A stretch of DNA of 33,872 nucleotides from an uncultured Methanosarcinales archaeon (GCA_964577685.1 CAZNZT010000011.1:1-33872), one strand, 5' to 3'. Positions 18,217-27,832 are shown, counted from the stretch's first letter. Numbers and translations: made by a program. The notes: generated by a model from the letters alone, not told the origin.

Positions 18217-19182
18217 ATGAAAAACAAAAGAGCTGGATCTATGCAAGAATACACAATCCTAGTAATAATAGCACTGATTGTAATTACAGTACTAATTTTT
18301 AATAATATAAATCTCAAGGATAAAATGGCAGAATCAAGTATAAGGTCTATCAGAAGAGAGAACATAAGAAAGAGTGCTGATGCACATATAGTAAGTGTTC
18401 CTTTACTTAATCAAAATAAAAATCAAGAGATTTATTTCCCAATAATAAAAATGGACATAAAAAAAGGTGAAGAACTTAAAATGCTCTCAAAAGCAATGGT
18501 AGCAGATTGGACAGACCTGCTACAAGGAAAGAGAGAGTTGTTTGATACAAGAGAAGAGAAAACTGTTTATTGTATAGTAGGACACCATATAAAATTCAAA
18601 GAAAAGAATAAGAAGATACCACTAAAAGACCTAGCAGAATACCAAAGAAAACATACAATATGGGAGATAGGAGAAAAGATTTATGGAGTAGGTAATACCA
18701 CAATAAGCGAATATCTAGCAGGATATAGCACAAAAAATATCTTTGAAGAAGAAAAAAAACAGCTAGAAAAAGAGTTCAAAACAGAAAATATAATACCAGA
18801 AGACGACTTCTTTAATAAAAAAATAAATGAAAACAGAAATACACCCTACATTGATACAAACAAGGATTACATTACAATCACTGTTTACACAAAAAAAGGA
18901 TATTGGGTCAGATGGTTAAAGAGCTTACTTGGAACACAGATGGGGTTAGCAGTTGGTGGATTCCTCGGGGTTGTCTTAGTGCCATTCACTGGAGGTGGTT
19001 CCCTAGTTATAATAGGAACAGCAATAGCAGGAGCTACTATAGGCGGAATATACGGCTATCATACGGGAAGTGAAAAAAGTGCAGATTGGGATGCATCAAT
19101 CTTCCTACTACCTAATGACGAGAAAATATTAAAAGAACTTAAATGTAATGAACTCCCAACAATAGGTAGAAAGAATGACTAA
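18217..19182 (+). CDS. Pilin-like protein with an internal Gly-rich hydrophobic hairpin (paralogue of 17187..18215)
   Basis: MKNKRA|GSMQEYTILVIIALIV; shared blocks MV..W….G…F, YC.V and T..EYL; GLAVGG…PFTGGGSL…GATIGG segment. Confidence 0.8.
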   Translation: MKNKRAGSMQEYTILVIIALIVITVLIFNNINLKDKMAESSIRSIRRENIRKSADAHIVSVPLLNQNKNQEIYFPIIKMDIKKGEELKMLSKAMVADWTDLLQGKRELFDTREEKTVYCIVGHHIKFKEKNKKIPLKDLAEYQRKHTIWEIGEKIYGVGNTTISEYLAGYSTKNIFEEEKKQLEKEFKTENIIPEDDFFNKKINENRNTPYIDTNKDYITITVYTKKGYWVRWLKSLLGTQMGLAVGGFLGVVLVPFTGGGSLVIIGTAIAGATIGGIYGYHTGSEKSADWDASIFLLPNDEKILKELKCNELPTIGRKND

Positions 19183-19327
19183 AATAAAGAAAAATAAAAA
19201 AGGAGATATGCCATGGTGGTTAAAGAGCTTTATCATAGGTATTGCCATCCTTGTTGTTTTAGGATATATTATTTATAAGGCATCAAAGGGCATTAACCTT
19301 TCAATACTATCACTCTTTGGAAAATGA
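19175..19327 (+). CDS. Tiny pilin-like protein (50 aa; not in the ORF track)
   Basis: MTKIKKNKKG|DMPWWLKSFIIGIAILVVLGYII; overlaps both neighbouring genes. Confidence 0.75.
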   Translation: MTKIKKNKKGDMPWWLKSFIIGIAILVVLGYIIYKASKGINLSILSLFGK

Positions 19328-19470
19328 AAAAAACTATTCCAAAAAAAAGAGGAGAGATTCCTTTTATGCTCGTGAAGATTGTTCTTGCAATAGTAGGAAT
19401 TGCAATAGCAGCAGGGATTATATTGTACATTAAAGGACAAGCAGATAACCTTTTTAGTATATTCAGCTGA
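19324..19470 (+). CDS. Tiny pilin-like protein (48 aa; not in the ORF track)
   Basis: MKKTIPKKRG|EIPFMLVKIVLAIVGIAIAAGIILY; ATGA overlap with the previous gene. Confidence 0.75.
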   Translation: MKKTIPKKRGEIPFMLVKIVLAIVGIAIAAGIILYIKGQADNLFSIFS

Positions 19471-19546
19471 TTAAGAAAAATACAAGAAGACTAAACCAAG
19501 ATTAAACAGAATATTTAAATATTATTAAACACAAAAAAAGGATATA

Positions 19547-19846
19547 ATGAAAAAAAAATCTCAGATGTTGCCACTAAACATAATCATAATAGCTATAATC
19601 TGCCTTATTGTATTGATAGTTGTCCTAGCAATATTTTTCGGGGAAAGTAAGAAAATAATTAAGAGTACAAGCTGTTCAGCTATAGGCGGTGTTTGCCTTG
19701 AAGGTAGAGAAGACTGTCCAGATGATAAACCAGTAAAGGTCTATACATCAGATTGTAAGGAAGTAGAATTTGATAAAAAGAGCAAAATATACAAAGCAAA
19801 TAAAAACAAAAAAGGACCAGGTCAGTGCTGTATACCAATAAGTTAA
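19547..19846 (+). CDS. Small pilin-like protein with a six-Cys defensin-like head
   Basis: MKKKS|QMLPLNIIIIAIICLIV; C…GG.C…C…C…CC pattern; own TATA at about 19514. Confidence 0.8.
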   Translation: MKKKSQMLPLNIIIIAIICLIVLIVVLAIFFGESKKIIKSTSCSAIGGVCLEGREDCPDDKPVKVYTSDCKEVEFDKKSKIYKANKNKKGPGQCCIPIS

Positions 19847-19847
19847 A

Positions 19848-20081
19848 ATGAACAAGAAAGGAATAGCAATACAAGCAACAGTAATAATGGCAGTAGTAAT
19901 TATAACAACAATAATAGCAATGATTTTTCTCTTAAAAGGCACATCTACACACTCAAAGAGTACAACATGTCAGGCTATGGGAGGAAAATGCACAAAACCT
20001 AGCCAATGTGAAGGAGAACAAACTTTCCTAGAAGGATGCAAGAATGACGAGATATGCTGTATAGAAGGTGACAATATATGA
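19848..20081 (+). CDS. Small pilin-like protein with a six-Cys defensin-like head
   Basis: MNKKG|IAIQATVIMAVV; CQAMGGKC…C…C…CC. Confidence 0.8.
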   Translation: MNKKGIAIQATVIMAVVIITTIIAMIFLLKGTSTHSKSTTCQAMGGKCTKPSQCEGEQTFLEGCKNDEICCIEGDNI

Positions 20082-20632
20082 CACCACTAAACAAAAAAAA
20101 GCAAGGAGTTTCTTACTCCATAGAACTAATAATGATATTCATAGTGGTGACAATATTAGCGATATTTATATTGTATACTGCAGGAAAAAATTTTGGTTTT
20201 TTCCATAAAACAACAAATTCAAAAGCAGTAAGTATAAAAATAACATCATGCAAAGCAAAGGCATTATACAAAGGAGGAAATTTCAGAGACTATGATAAAG
20301 ACGGACTTCCAGATAGCTGTGACCCCTGCCCGCATACGCCAAGCTTCGGAGAAGAGTTTAAAGATATTGTCAAAGATGAAGATGAAGATGGTTTTTCTGT
20401 ACCAATAGACAGAAAAAAACAAAAAACATGGGAAGAGCTAAACAAAGAAAGCCTAGACAAAACAGGAAAACAATATACCGGAATAAGCCTATGTTGTGGA
20501 AATGACGGTACAGGAAAAGACAATGAAAAACTAACAGAAAACCCAAAGAAATATTGCGAGACTGAAGAGAATGACAAAATAGCTTATGAGCCAAAAAAAC
20601 TAGTTGAATATTACATAAATCCAAAGAAATAA
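20078..20632 (+). CDS. Pilin-like protein with thrombospondin type-3-like Ca-binding motifs
   Basis: NKKKQG|VSYSIELIMIFIVV; DYDKDGLPDSCDPCP and DEDEDG motifs. Confidence 0.78.
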   Translation: MTPLNKKKQGVSYSIELIMIFIVVTILAIFILYTAGKNFGFFHKTTNSKAVSIKITSCKAKALYKGGNFRDYDKDGLPDSCDPCPHTPSFGEEFKDIVKDEDEDGFSVPIDRKKQKTWEELNKESLDKTGKQYTGISLCCGNDGTGKDNEKLTENPKKYCETEENDKIAYEPKKLVEYYINPKK

Positions 20633-20683
20633 CTAATTCTAACAAAAAGAATTATAAACTAGTATTACAAAATCACATCTATA

Positions 20684-22333
20684 ATGAAACCTAAAGGGCT
20701 AAACAAAAGAGGTGATGTAAGAACAATAGTGCCAACAGAACTAGTTGGTTACATACTTGCAGCAATTCTTTGTGTATTAGTCATAATAATTATAGTAAAA
20801 TTTACTTTAACAATGGGGTCTAACAAAAAAGATGAGTTTGCAATAAACAATTTCATGGCTCTTGCAAACTCAATAGACCTTATGTCAAAAAGAGAAAAAC
20901 AATTTATAGCATATAGGGGCTTTCCACTATACCTTCCAGAAGGATACCTAATAATAGGTTTCAATGCTAACTACTCAAGGGTTAAAGACGGCTGTACACT
21001 AGATACAATTAGAAAACCAAACCCTAAAGATGGAAAAGAGGGGGTCAAATGTGAAGGTACATCTTGTATATGTCTATTTGGAGACGCTTATAGGAACCAC
21101 ATCATAGACACAAAAAAAGACATCTATACATCAAGACTGATGAAATGCCATCCACTCAGTAAAGTGGATTCTATTGTTGGTCTATATATGGAAAATAAAA
21201 AAGGTGGATCCAGGATAGGGCCAACCGAATGGGTTTATTCAAAAGAAATAATTAACAATATAGTAGGTGACCTGCCATTTAGAGATGACCCATCCATAAC
21301 AAACAAAGAGGATTATGCAGAAATTGAATTCACAAGGAAGTTTAAGTATTCTTACCTAGTTATCTATGGAGAATGCAAAAGAAATAAAGCGGGAGAATTA
21401 GGAGTTAAAAAATTCTATATAGAAAAGTTTACAGACAAAGACAAAAAAACACATATCTTTATCGCTCCAGAACCAAGCAGGGAGCTACTGGAAGAAGAAA
21501 AACGACAAGGGCTAGGGATAATTGATAATAGATTTGAAGCCATGAGCAGAAAATATGGGGTTATGCCAAAGGAGTTTTACCTTATAGAAATAAATAAAAC
21601 ATTAAACAAATTAAACCCGCAACCTGAAGATATACTTAGGTTATTAGAGGACTTCTTAAAAGTAACAGAAAACTATTTTATAGAAGACAAAGAAATAGAA
21701 ATAAAAAAAATAGCAACATGGTATCTCAAACTTAATGAACAAAGAAAGAGCTTGGGAGAAAGAGAATCGCAATTAAAAGATTTGATAAAGCCTATAATTG
21801 CAGAACTTGAAAATCTAAGAGATTCTAAAAAAAATGAATCAAAAAAATTGGATATAAGATTTATCCTAGCTCGTTTATATTACCAAGATGAAACAGCAGA
21901 AGGCAGAAAGAAAGCATTTGAAGAAATACAAAAAATAATTGAGGAGAATAAAGAAGAATATGATATAATAAAAAAACAAGAAAACAAAGAAGCATGCAAC
22001 CAATATGATGAAGATATTATAAGAGACAAAAAGCCTAACAAAAAAACCATGTTAGAATGTGCACATCTGGAAGTAAACAAAAACTGGGATATTGAACATG
22101 CCCTACTTGGACTAGAATATCAAGAAAAAATAAATATAGGGGACTACGAAATAAAAGTAGAAGAGGTTATTGAAAAAGGCTATAAAATAAAAGTAAACAT
22201 ATACACATATGATAAAGAAAAAAATAAGTTAAGAAGCATCTGTAAAAATGAAAATCCAATAGATATAAGCTTCCTTAACAGAAAAAGCAAAAACTTTGAA
22301 GAGCTTCTTGAAAGATGTAAAGGAAAAGTATGA
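20684..22333 (+). CDS. Large pilin-like protein with a Cys-rich domain and a helical region
   Basis: NKRG|DVRTIVPTELVGYILAAILCVLV; CEGTSCICL motif. Confidence 0.78.
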   Translation: MKPKGLNKRGDVRTIVPTELVGYILAAILCVLVIIIIVKFTLTMGSNKKDEFAINNFMALANSIDLMSKREKQFIAYRGFPLYLPEGYLIIGFNANYSRVKDGCTLDTIRKPNPKDGKEGVKCEGTSCICLFGDAYRNHIIDTKKDIYTSRLMKCHPLSKVDSIVGLYMENKKGGSRIGPTEWVYSKEIINNIVGDLPFRDDPSITNKEDYAEIEFTRKFKYSYLVIYGECKRNKAGELGVKKFYIEKFTDKDKKTHIFIAPEPSRELLEEEKRQGLGIIDNRFEAMSRKYGVMPKEFYLIEINKTLNKLNPQPEDILRLLEDFLKVTENYFIEDKEIEIKKIATWYLKLNEQRKSLGERESQLKDLIKPIIAELENLRDSKKNESKKLDIRFILARLYYQDETAEGRKKAFEEIQKIIEENKEEYDIIKKQENKEACNQYDEDIIRDKKPNKKTMLECAHLEVNKNWDIEHALLGLEYQEKINIGDYEIKVEEVIEKGYKIKVNIYTYDKEKNKLRSICKNENPIDISFLNRKSKNFEELLERCKGKV

Positions 22334-23313
22334 AAAAAATATTAATTAAAAAAAGAGGAACAGGAGACATAGAAAGTTACTTCGTACTCCTTAAAATAAT
22401 AATAGCCATCGGTGTTGTGTTCTCTATGTATGCCTATATAAGCTCAATACAAAGAGACACTTTCTTTGATAAACTATACCTCAGCAGAGATATTGCGTTT
22501 CTGATGGACTCTGTCTATAGCTCACAAGGAAGGTTCTACATTGAATATAAAAGGGACATGCTGAAAAATTATGATGTAGAATTCCTAAAACAGAGAGTAA
22601 AAATAATTGAGAATAACACAGACAGCAAAAAAAAGAGCCTGATTATATACCAATTCGCTGAAGATTTAAATTATAAAACAAGAGCTAACAAAATAAGCAA
22701 TAGTAATAAAATAACTTTCCAAAAATCAAACAACATTCTTGAGATATCAAAAGAACTAAAGAACAAGATAAAGCTGATAAGCTGTCCAGAAACAGAAATA
22801 AACGACAATATCCAAAACACAAAAATCCTGATAGATGTGAATGATGATGGAAAAAACAAATTAATACCAACAATAGAACATATCCTACAAAGCAAGATTA
22901 AGAACAGCAAAACTACAAAAGGAAAAGCAAGACTAGAAATAGAAAAGCTGATAGAAGAAAGCAATGTAATAATTAGTGTAAGACTAAATGAAAAAGAGAA
23001 TAATGAAGTGAAAGCTTATATTTCTTCAAGCCCATCACCAGAAGACAAAGATATCCTAAAAAAAAGGAATAGACTAGCATGTTTAATAATAAATGAGCTA
23101 ATCTCAATAGACAGCCTGTTTGAAGGGGGAAATATAATAGAAACAAACCCTAAGTATCTAAAAGAAGAAGATAAAACAATACTAGACAACAATAAAATAT
23201 CAATAATCGTAAGTATTGAAATACAAAACATCAAAAATCTAAAAGATATAGCTACTATAAGGCAGATAGGAGAAAGCATATATAAAGGAATAACTACATA
23301 CTATGGAAAGTAA
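22330..23313 (+). CDS. Pilin-like protein with a degenerate amidase_3-like C-terminal domain
   Basis: KKRG|TGDIESYFVLL; KILID…IISVRLN…RLACLIINEL…IIVSIEI…IGESIYKGITTYY follows the amidase_3 topology but lacks the Zn-binding His residues. Confidence 0.7.
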   Translation: MKKILIKKRGTGDIESYFVLLKIIIAIGVVFSMYAYISSIQRDTFFDKLYLSRDIAFLMDSVYSSQGRFYIEYKRDMLKNYDVEFLKQRVKIIENNTDSKKKSLIIYQFAEDLNYKTRANKISNSNKITFQKSNNILEISKELKNKIKLISCPETEINDNIQNTKILIDVNDDGKNKLIPTIEHILQSKIKNSKTTKGKARLEIEKLIEESNVIISVRLNEKENNEVKAYISSSPSPEDKDILKKRNRLACLIINELISIDSLFEGGNIIETNPKYLKEEDKTILDNNKISIIVSIEIQNIKNLKDIATIRQIGESIYKGITTYYGK

Positions 23314-23842
23314 ATTACTAAAAAATAAAAAGGGAGATTTCATTGGATTAAATATAGTCCTACATATATTTGAAATAATATTCACAATCTCGCTAGCAGT
23401 ATTTCTCCTATTGATAATCCATATTGAAAAAGACATAAACACCTTTGACCTAGAAAGTGAAATATTCATCAACAGAATATTATACAGCAACAATGGATTA
23501 TGGCTCTACGATAAAGATACAGGCAGAATATATCCGGGAATCATAGATATCAAAAATTTTGATATAAATGATATAGAAAAAAATCTTGAAAAAACAATGT
23601 TTTTTGGAAAAGAAAATAACAGGTTGGCAGCAGAGATTATTTTGAAACTAAAAGAAAAATCATATAGCATATATTACAATAAAGAAAAATATGACATGTG
23701 GGTTAGTCTGTACAAAGCAGGATATATAAAAGGAATCGGGGCAAGGAAGGGCAAAAACAAAAAAATGCCTGTTCTAGTAAAAAAAGGGGAAGAAATGATT
23801 CCTGCCATATTAGATATAACTATATTGATACCAAACAGATAA
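23303..23842 (+). CDS. Pilin-like protein
   Basis: KNKKG|DFIGLNIVLHIFEIIF; single N-terminal hydrophobic helix. Confidence 0.78.
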   Translation: MESKLLKNKKGDFIGLNIVLHIFEIIFTISLAVFLLLIIHIEKDINTFDLESEIFINRILYSNNGLWLYDKDTGRIYPGIIDIKNFDINDIEKNLEKTMFFGKENNRLAAEIILKLKEKSYSIYYNKEKYDMWVSLYKAGYIKGIGARKGKNKKMPVLVKKGEEMIPAILDITILIPNR

Positions 23843-23843
23843 A

Positions 23844-24905
23844 ATGATGCCTAAGAATAAAAAAGGATTTACCGCAGGCTTTCTTGTACTGATAATTTGT
23901 TCAATTATATTCGCCTTTATTAGCCTAATATTCTATTTTCTCTTTGGAATATTTGGTTCTAGTTTGACTTATAATATAGAAACTACAAAAGCAGGCAGTG
24001 AAGACCTTATTCTTCTAAACTATTTAAGAACCCCCATAAGCCTGACTCAAAATCAAAAAACTACTCTTGCTGAACTGATTGCTCTTGGAGAAGTCTCACC
24101 AAAACTAAAGCAAAGAGCAAAGCTGGAGATTAACAGAATATCACACCAATTTTACAATACTCTTGGAATTGAAAGAACATTAAGAGTCACTTACCCAGAT
24201 AAGAATGAAATAGAACTCTATAGATACGGAAAGCCTACAACAAAAGTAGAGATTCCATCGCTAAAGGAAAAAACAATTACAATAGAACTACTAAAATCTA
24301 AGGTTGACATTAAAAATATGAAGCTAAAAGCAGGTGATAAGATCTGGATGTTTGGAGAAGAATGGGTTGCATGGGGACTAGGTTATAATGTAGAGTACTT
24401 CTCATTAGATGGATGCCCATGCAAAACAAAGGTTATTGACTATAAAACAATATGCGAAGACGGGACAATACCAAAAAAAGACCCCAATATGTTTATTCAC
24501 ATAAAAAACTTCAATATAAAAAGTGCTAAGAGAGTAATAAGCTACTGCAAAAAAGAAACAGAAGAAACAAAACGCATGGAGCAATTCGCTGACAAGATAA
24601 TAGAAATTGTAAGAAATAATAAACTTGGAGAAAGCGTAATAGACAACTCAGGGAACACATGGACATACTGGGGAGAATATGGCTATCTACCCAAGATTAA
24701 TCCAAACGAAATAAACCAATTTTGGACATCAAAAATAATATGTAAATGCAAAGGAAATCACTGTCCAAATGACTGCAACACAGTAAAGGACACACCAAGA
24801 ACGCTAAAATGCGAAGAAGATAAAAACACAATGCCCCCAGAGAGCGTAATAAACAACAAAAAATGCTTTATAACCACAGAGCAGCTCTTGAGGGAATGGG
24901 GATAA
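23844..24905 (+). CDS. Pilin-like protein with two Trp/Cys-rich internal repeats
   Basis: KNKKG|FTAGFLVLII; LLNYLRTP; GEEWVAWG…CPCK and GNTWTYWG…CKCK. Confidence 0.78.
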   Translation: MMPKNKKGFTAGFLVLIICSIIFAFISLIFYFLFGIFGSSLTYNIETTKAGSEDLILLNYLRTPISLTQNQKTTLAELIALGEVSPKLKQRAKLEINRISHQFYNTLGIERTLRVTYPDKNEIELYRYGKPTTKVEIPSLKEKTITIELLKSKVDIKNMKLKAGDKIWMFGEEWVAWGLGYNVEYFSLDGCPCKTKVIDYKTICEDGTIPKKDPNMFIHIKNFNIKSAKRVISYCKKETEETKRMEQFADKIIEIVRNNKLGESVIDNSGNTWTYWGEYGYLPKINPNEINQFWTSKIICKCKGNHCPNDCNTVKDTPRTLKCEEDKNTMPPESVINNKKCFITTEQLLREWG

Positions 24906-24910
24906 TAAGA

Positions 24911-26197
24911 ATGAAAAAAAGAATCAGAAACAACAAAAAGGGTTTGTTTTACTCAATAATAATGCTAATCTTTGCAATATTTGTGTTAGTCTCTGCCTTC
25001 GCCATCATCTATAAAAAAACAAATAGATATGAAAAAAAGATAGGTGAAGAAGCAGCAAAGGCAATAGAAGAATACCAAGAAGGTGAAAAAGCTCTCTTCT
25101 ATATTGACCAATCTGCTAAATATGCCACATATAAGGCACTTTACTCTTTTGCAAAAAAAGGCATGTATTTCAAAGACACACCCTGCACACACCATAAAGG
25201 ATACACGCTTTGGGAGGAAGTAGCTGAAGACAAAGCAAAGAAAAAAGAGTATGAAATATCTTGCTACCCTAGTGAAATTGATATAAGAGAAAACCTTGCA
25301 AGATTCCTAAATGCGGAATTAAACAAATACTTAGAGGCATATACTATAACAAAACTACCAAAAGACAACTATGATTTTATATTCAAAAAAATAGAAGGTA
25401 AGACAGAAATAGTTGGAATTGCAACGAGAGACATTACAATAAAAGACAATAATAATTTAACAGAATACAGGATAAAACCTTCTTTTAAAACAGAGATAGA
25501 ATATGATATCATAGGAAATTGCACACACATTAAAGAAACAATAAGAAAGATAAGCAATAATATAAAAGATTGTCTAAGAAGAGGAAGCGACACACCAGAA
25601 GACATAGATGATTTAATAACCTGTTCTGATATAAAAACTTTAAAAACAAACATAATGGAAATAAAAGACTGGAACATAAGCATAACTCCGCTATCATCAA
25701 AAAAAGAGTACTTGCTTCTGTTCAATATAACCATGCCCTTAGAAAACCCATATTACCAAAAGAATCTAACATTTCTCTCTGGCATAAGATTCCTTGACAG
25801 TTTCCCGCCACCACAAACAGAAGCAAAAATAAAAACAAACAAATCTGGAAACTACCTAATATGGGAAGAAAACCCTGCCTCAGACGTAGAATCTTATTAT
25901 ATATATGCAATAGAAGAAAAAGAAGCACTAAAGCTAAAGAAACCAACATTAATAGAAACTGTAAAAAGAAAAAGTGAAGGGCCATATAACTGGACAACAG
26001 CAGAAGAAACATTTGACGAGGACTATCTAACATATGTAATACTAAAAGAGCTAGAGTGGAAAAAAGAGATAAGAAAAGGATATGAATGGAAGATACCTGA
26101 AACAATAAACAAAGGCTACCTACTATATATAATAGCAAAAGACAATATAGGAAATTCTCTAAATACAGAAGACATAGAACCACTCAGATTACTATAG
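24911..26197 (+). CDS. Pilin-like protein with a C-terminal FN3-like domain
   Basis: NNKKG|LFYSIIMLIFAIFVLV; DSFPPP…LIWEENPASDVESYYIY…YIIAKDNIGN. Confidence 0.78.
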   Translation: MKKRIRNNKKGLFYSIIMLIFAIFVLVSAFAIIYKKTNRYEKKIGEEAAKAIEEYQEGEKALFYIDQSAKYATYKALYSFAKKGMYFKDTPCTHHKGYTLWEEVAEDKAKKKEYEISCYPSEIDIRENLARFLNAELNKYLEAYTITKLPKDNYDFIFKKIEGKTEIVGIATRDITIKDNNNLTEYRIKPSFKTEIEYDIIGNCTHIKETIRKISNNIKDCLRRGSDTPEDIDDLITCSDIKTLKTNIMEIKDWNISITPLSSKKEYLLLFNITMPLENPYYQKNLTFLSGIRFLDSFPPPQTEAKIKTNKSGNYLIWEENPASDVESYYIYAIEEKEALKLKKPTLIETVKRKSEGPYNWTTAEETFDEDYLTYVILKELEWKKEIRKGYEWKIPETINKGYLLYIIAKDNIGNSLNTEDIEPLRLL

Positions 26198-26259
26198 AAT
26201 AAAAACAATATATTTGATTATACAAAACTATATAAATAACTAAAAAAGACCTATCACCA

Positions 26260-27336
26260 ATGATAAAAATCCCTCTCCCACACATCATAGAAAAAATAAA
26301 AGAAAAAACAAACCTTAGCGAAGAAGAAATAAATTCAAAAATAGAAGAGAAATTAAAACAGCTTTCTGGCTTAATATCAAAAGAGGGAGCAGCACATATC
26401 ATTGCAAACGAGCTGGGAATAAAATTACTTGAAAATTTTACTGGAAAATTGCAGATAAAGAACATTCTAGCAGGCATGAGGGATGTAGAAACAGTAGGCA
26501 AAGTCCAGCAAATATCTCAAATAAGCAATTTCCAAAGAAAAGACGGCAGCCAAGGAAAGGTTGCTAGTCTAATAATTGGGGATGAAACAGGCTCAATAAG
26601 AGTAGTCCTATGGGGCTCTCAAACAGATTTATTGGATCAAATAAAAGAAGGAACAACAATAAAGATTTTATCTGGCTATGTAAGAGAAAATAACAATAGA
26701 CTAGAAATACATCTAAACGAAAAAAGCAAACTAATAGTAAATCCCGAAGGTGAAGAAATAGGAGAAGTAAAAAGCTATGAACCAATAAGAAAGAACATTG
26801 AAGATTTAAAAGAAAATGATGATAACATAGAAATCCTAGCAACAATCGTACAAGTATTTGAACCAAGATTTTTTGAAATATGTCCCAAGTGTAACAAAAG
26901 AATAAGGCAGAGAGAAGAAACATTTTTTTGTGAAGAGCATGACAAAGTAGAACCAGACTATTCCTATGTACTAAATGTAACCTTAGACGATGGTACAGAA
27001 ACAATAAGAACCGTATTCTTCAGAAGACAATTAGAAGAGCTTGTAGAAATGAAAAAAGAAGAAATACTAAAATATAAGGATGCTCCCGAAAAATTTGAAG
27101 AGATAAAAACAGAACTAATAGGGAAAATCATTAAGGTAACTGGAAGGGTAAACAAGAATGAAATGTTTGATAGGCTTGAACTTATTACAAAATCAGTTAT
27201 CCCAAATCCAGACCCAAAAGAAGAAATAGAGAAATTAAAAGAAAAAATAAGGAATAAAAATGAAATAGAAGGTGATGCTGAACCAAAAGAAAAAGAAAGC
27301 CTACCAGAGACCCTTCCAACCGTTGAGGAAATATAA
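26260..27336 (+). CDS. rpa: Replication protein A-like ssDNA-binding protein (OB folds plus Zn finger)
   Basis: LISKEGAAHIIANELG, GDETGSIRVVLW, CPKC…CEEH and LDDGTETIR. Confidence 0.88.
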   Translation: MIKIPLPHIIEKIKEKTNLSEEEINSKIEEKLKQLSGLISKEGAAHIIANELGIKLLENFTGKLQIKNILAGMRDVETVGKVQQISQISNFQRKDGSQGKVASLIIGDETGSIRVVLWGSQTDLLDQIKEGTTIKILSGYVRENNNRLEIHLNEKSKLIVNPEGEEIGEVKSYEPIRKNIEDLKENDDNIEILATIVQVFEPRFFEICPKCNKRIRQREETFFCEEHDKVEPDYSYVLNVTLDDGTETIRTVFFRRQLEELVEMKKEEILKYKDAPEKFEEIKTELIGKIIKVTGRVNKNEMFDRLELITKSVIPNPDPKEEIEKLKEKIRNKNEIEGDAEPKEKESLPETLPTVEEI

Positions 27337-27346
27337 AAAACAAAAA

Positions 27347-27832
27347 ATGCTTTTCTGGACACATATAGCGTTCAGCTTCCTAATTGCCCAATATTCTATT
27401 GAACTTTTAAAAATAAAAAATCAGATAGCATTCACAATAATAGTATTGCTTTCTAGCATAGTGCCAGACATTGATGAAAGCTCTAGCAAAATATCAAAGA
27501 ATACATTAACAAGATTAATAAGAATCCTATCACCTAAGCATAGAGGAATATGGCATACAGTATATCCCATAATAGCTATTACAATACTTCTTTTTATAAC
27601 AAAACAAGGATTAGGGTTATTAAAGTTAATTACAATTGCATTCATTATTGGCTATTCATCCCACCTTATTCTTGATGCAACAACAAAAAAAGGCGTAGCC
27701 TTACTTTATCCATTAAGCAAAAAAAGAGTCAAAGGATTTATCAAAGTCGGAGGAGTAACAGAAAAGATGTTACTTGCAGTTCTAATCATAATCATCATTT
27801 ATAAGTTATTTCATACAACAGCATTGAACTGA
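27347..27832 (+). CDS. Membrane-bound metal-dependent hydrolase (YdjM/DUF457-like)
   Basis: TH, PDID, HRGIWH and SHLILD motifs with TM helices. Confidence 0.85.
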   Translation: MLFWTHIAFSFLIAQYSIELLKIKNQIAFTIIVLLSSIVPDIDESSSKISKNTLTRLIRILSPKHRGIWHTVYPIIAITILLFITKQGLGLLKLITIAFIIGYSSHLILDATTKKGVALLYPLSKKRVKGFIKVGGVTEKMLLAVLIIIIIYKLFHTTALN

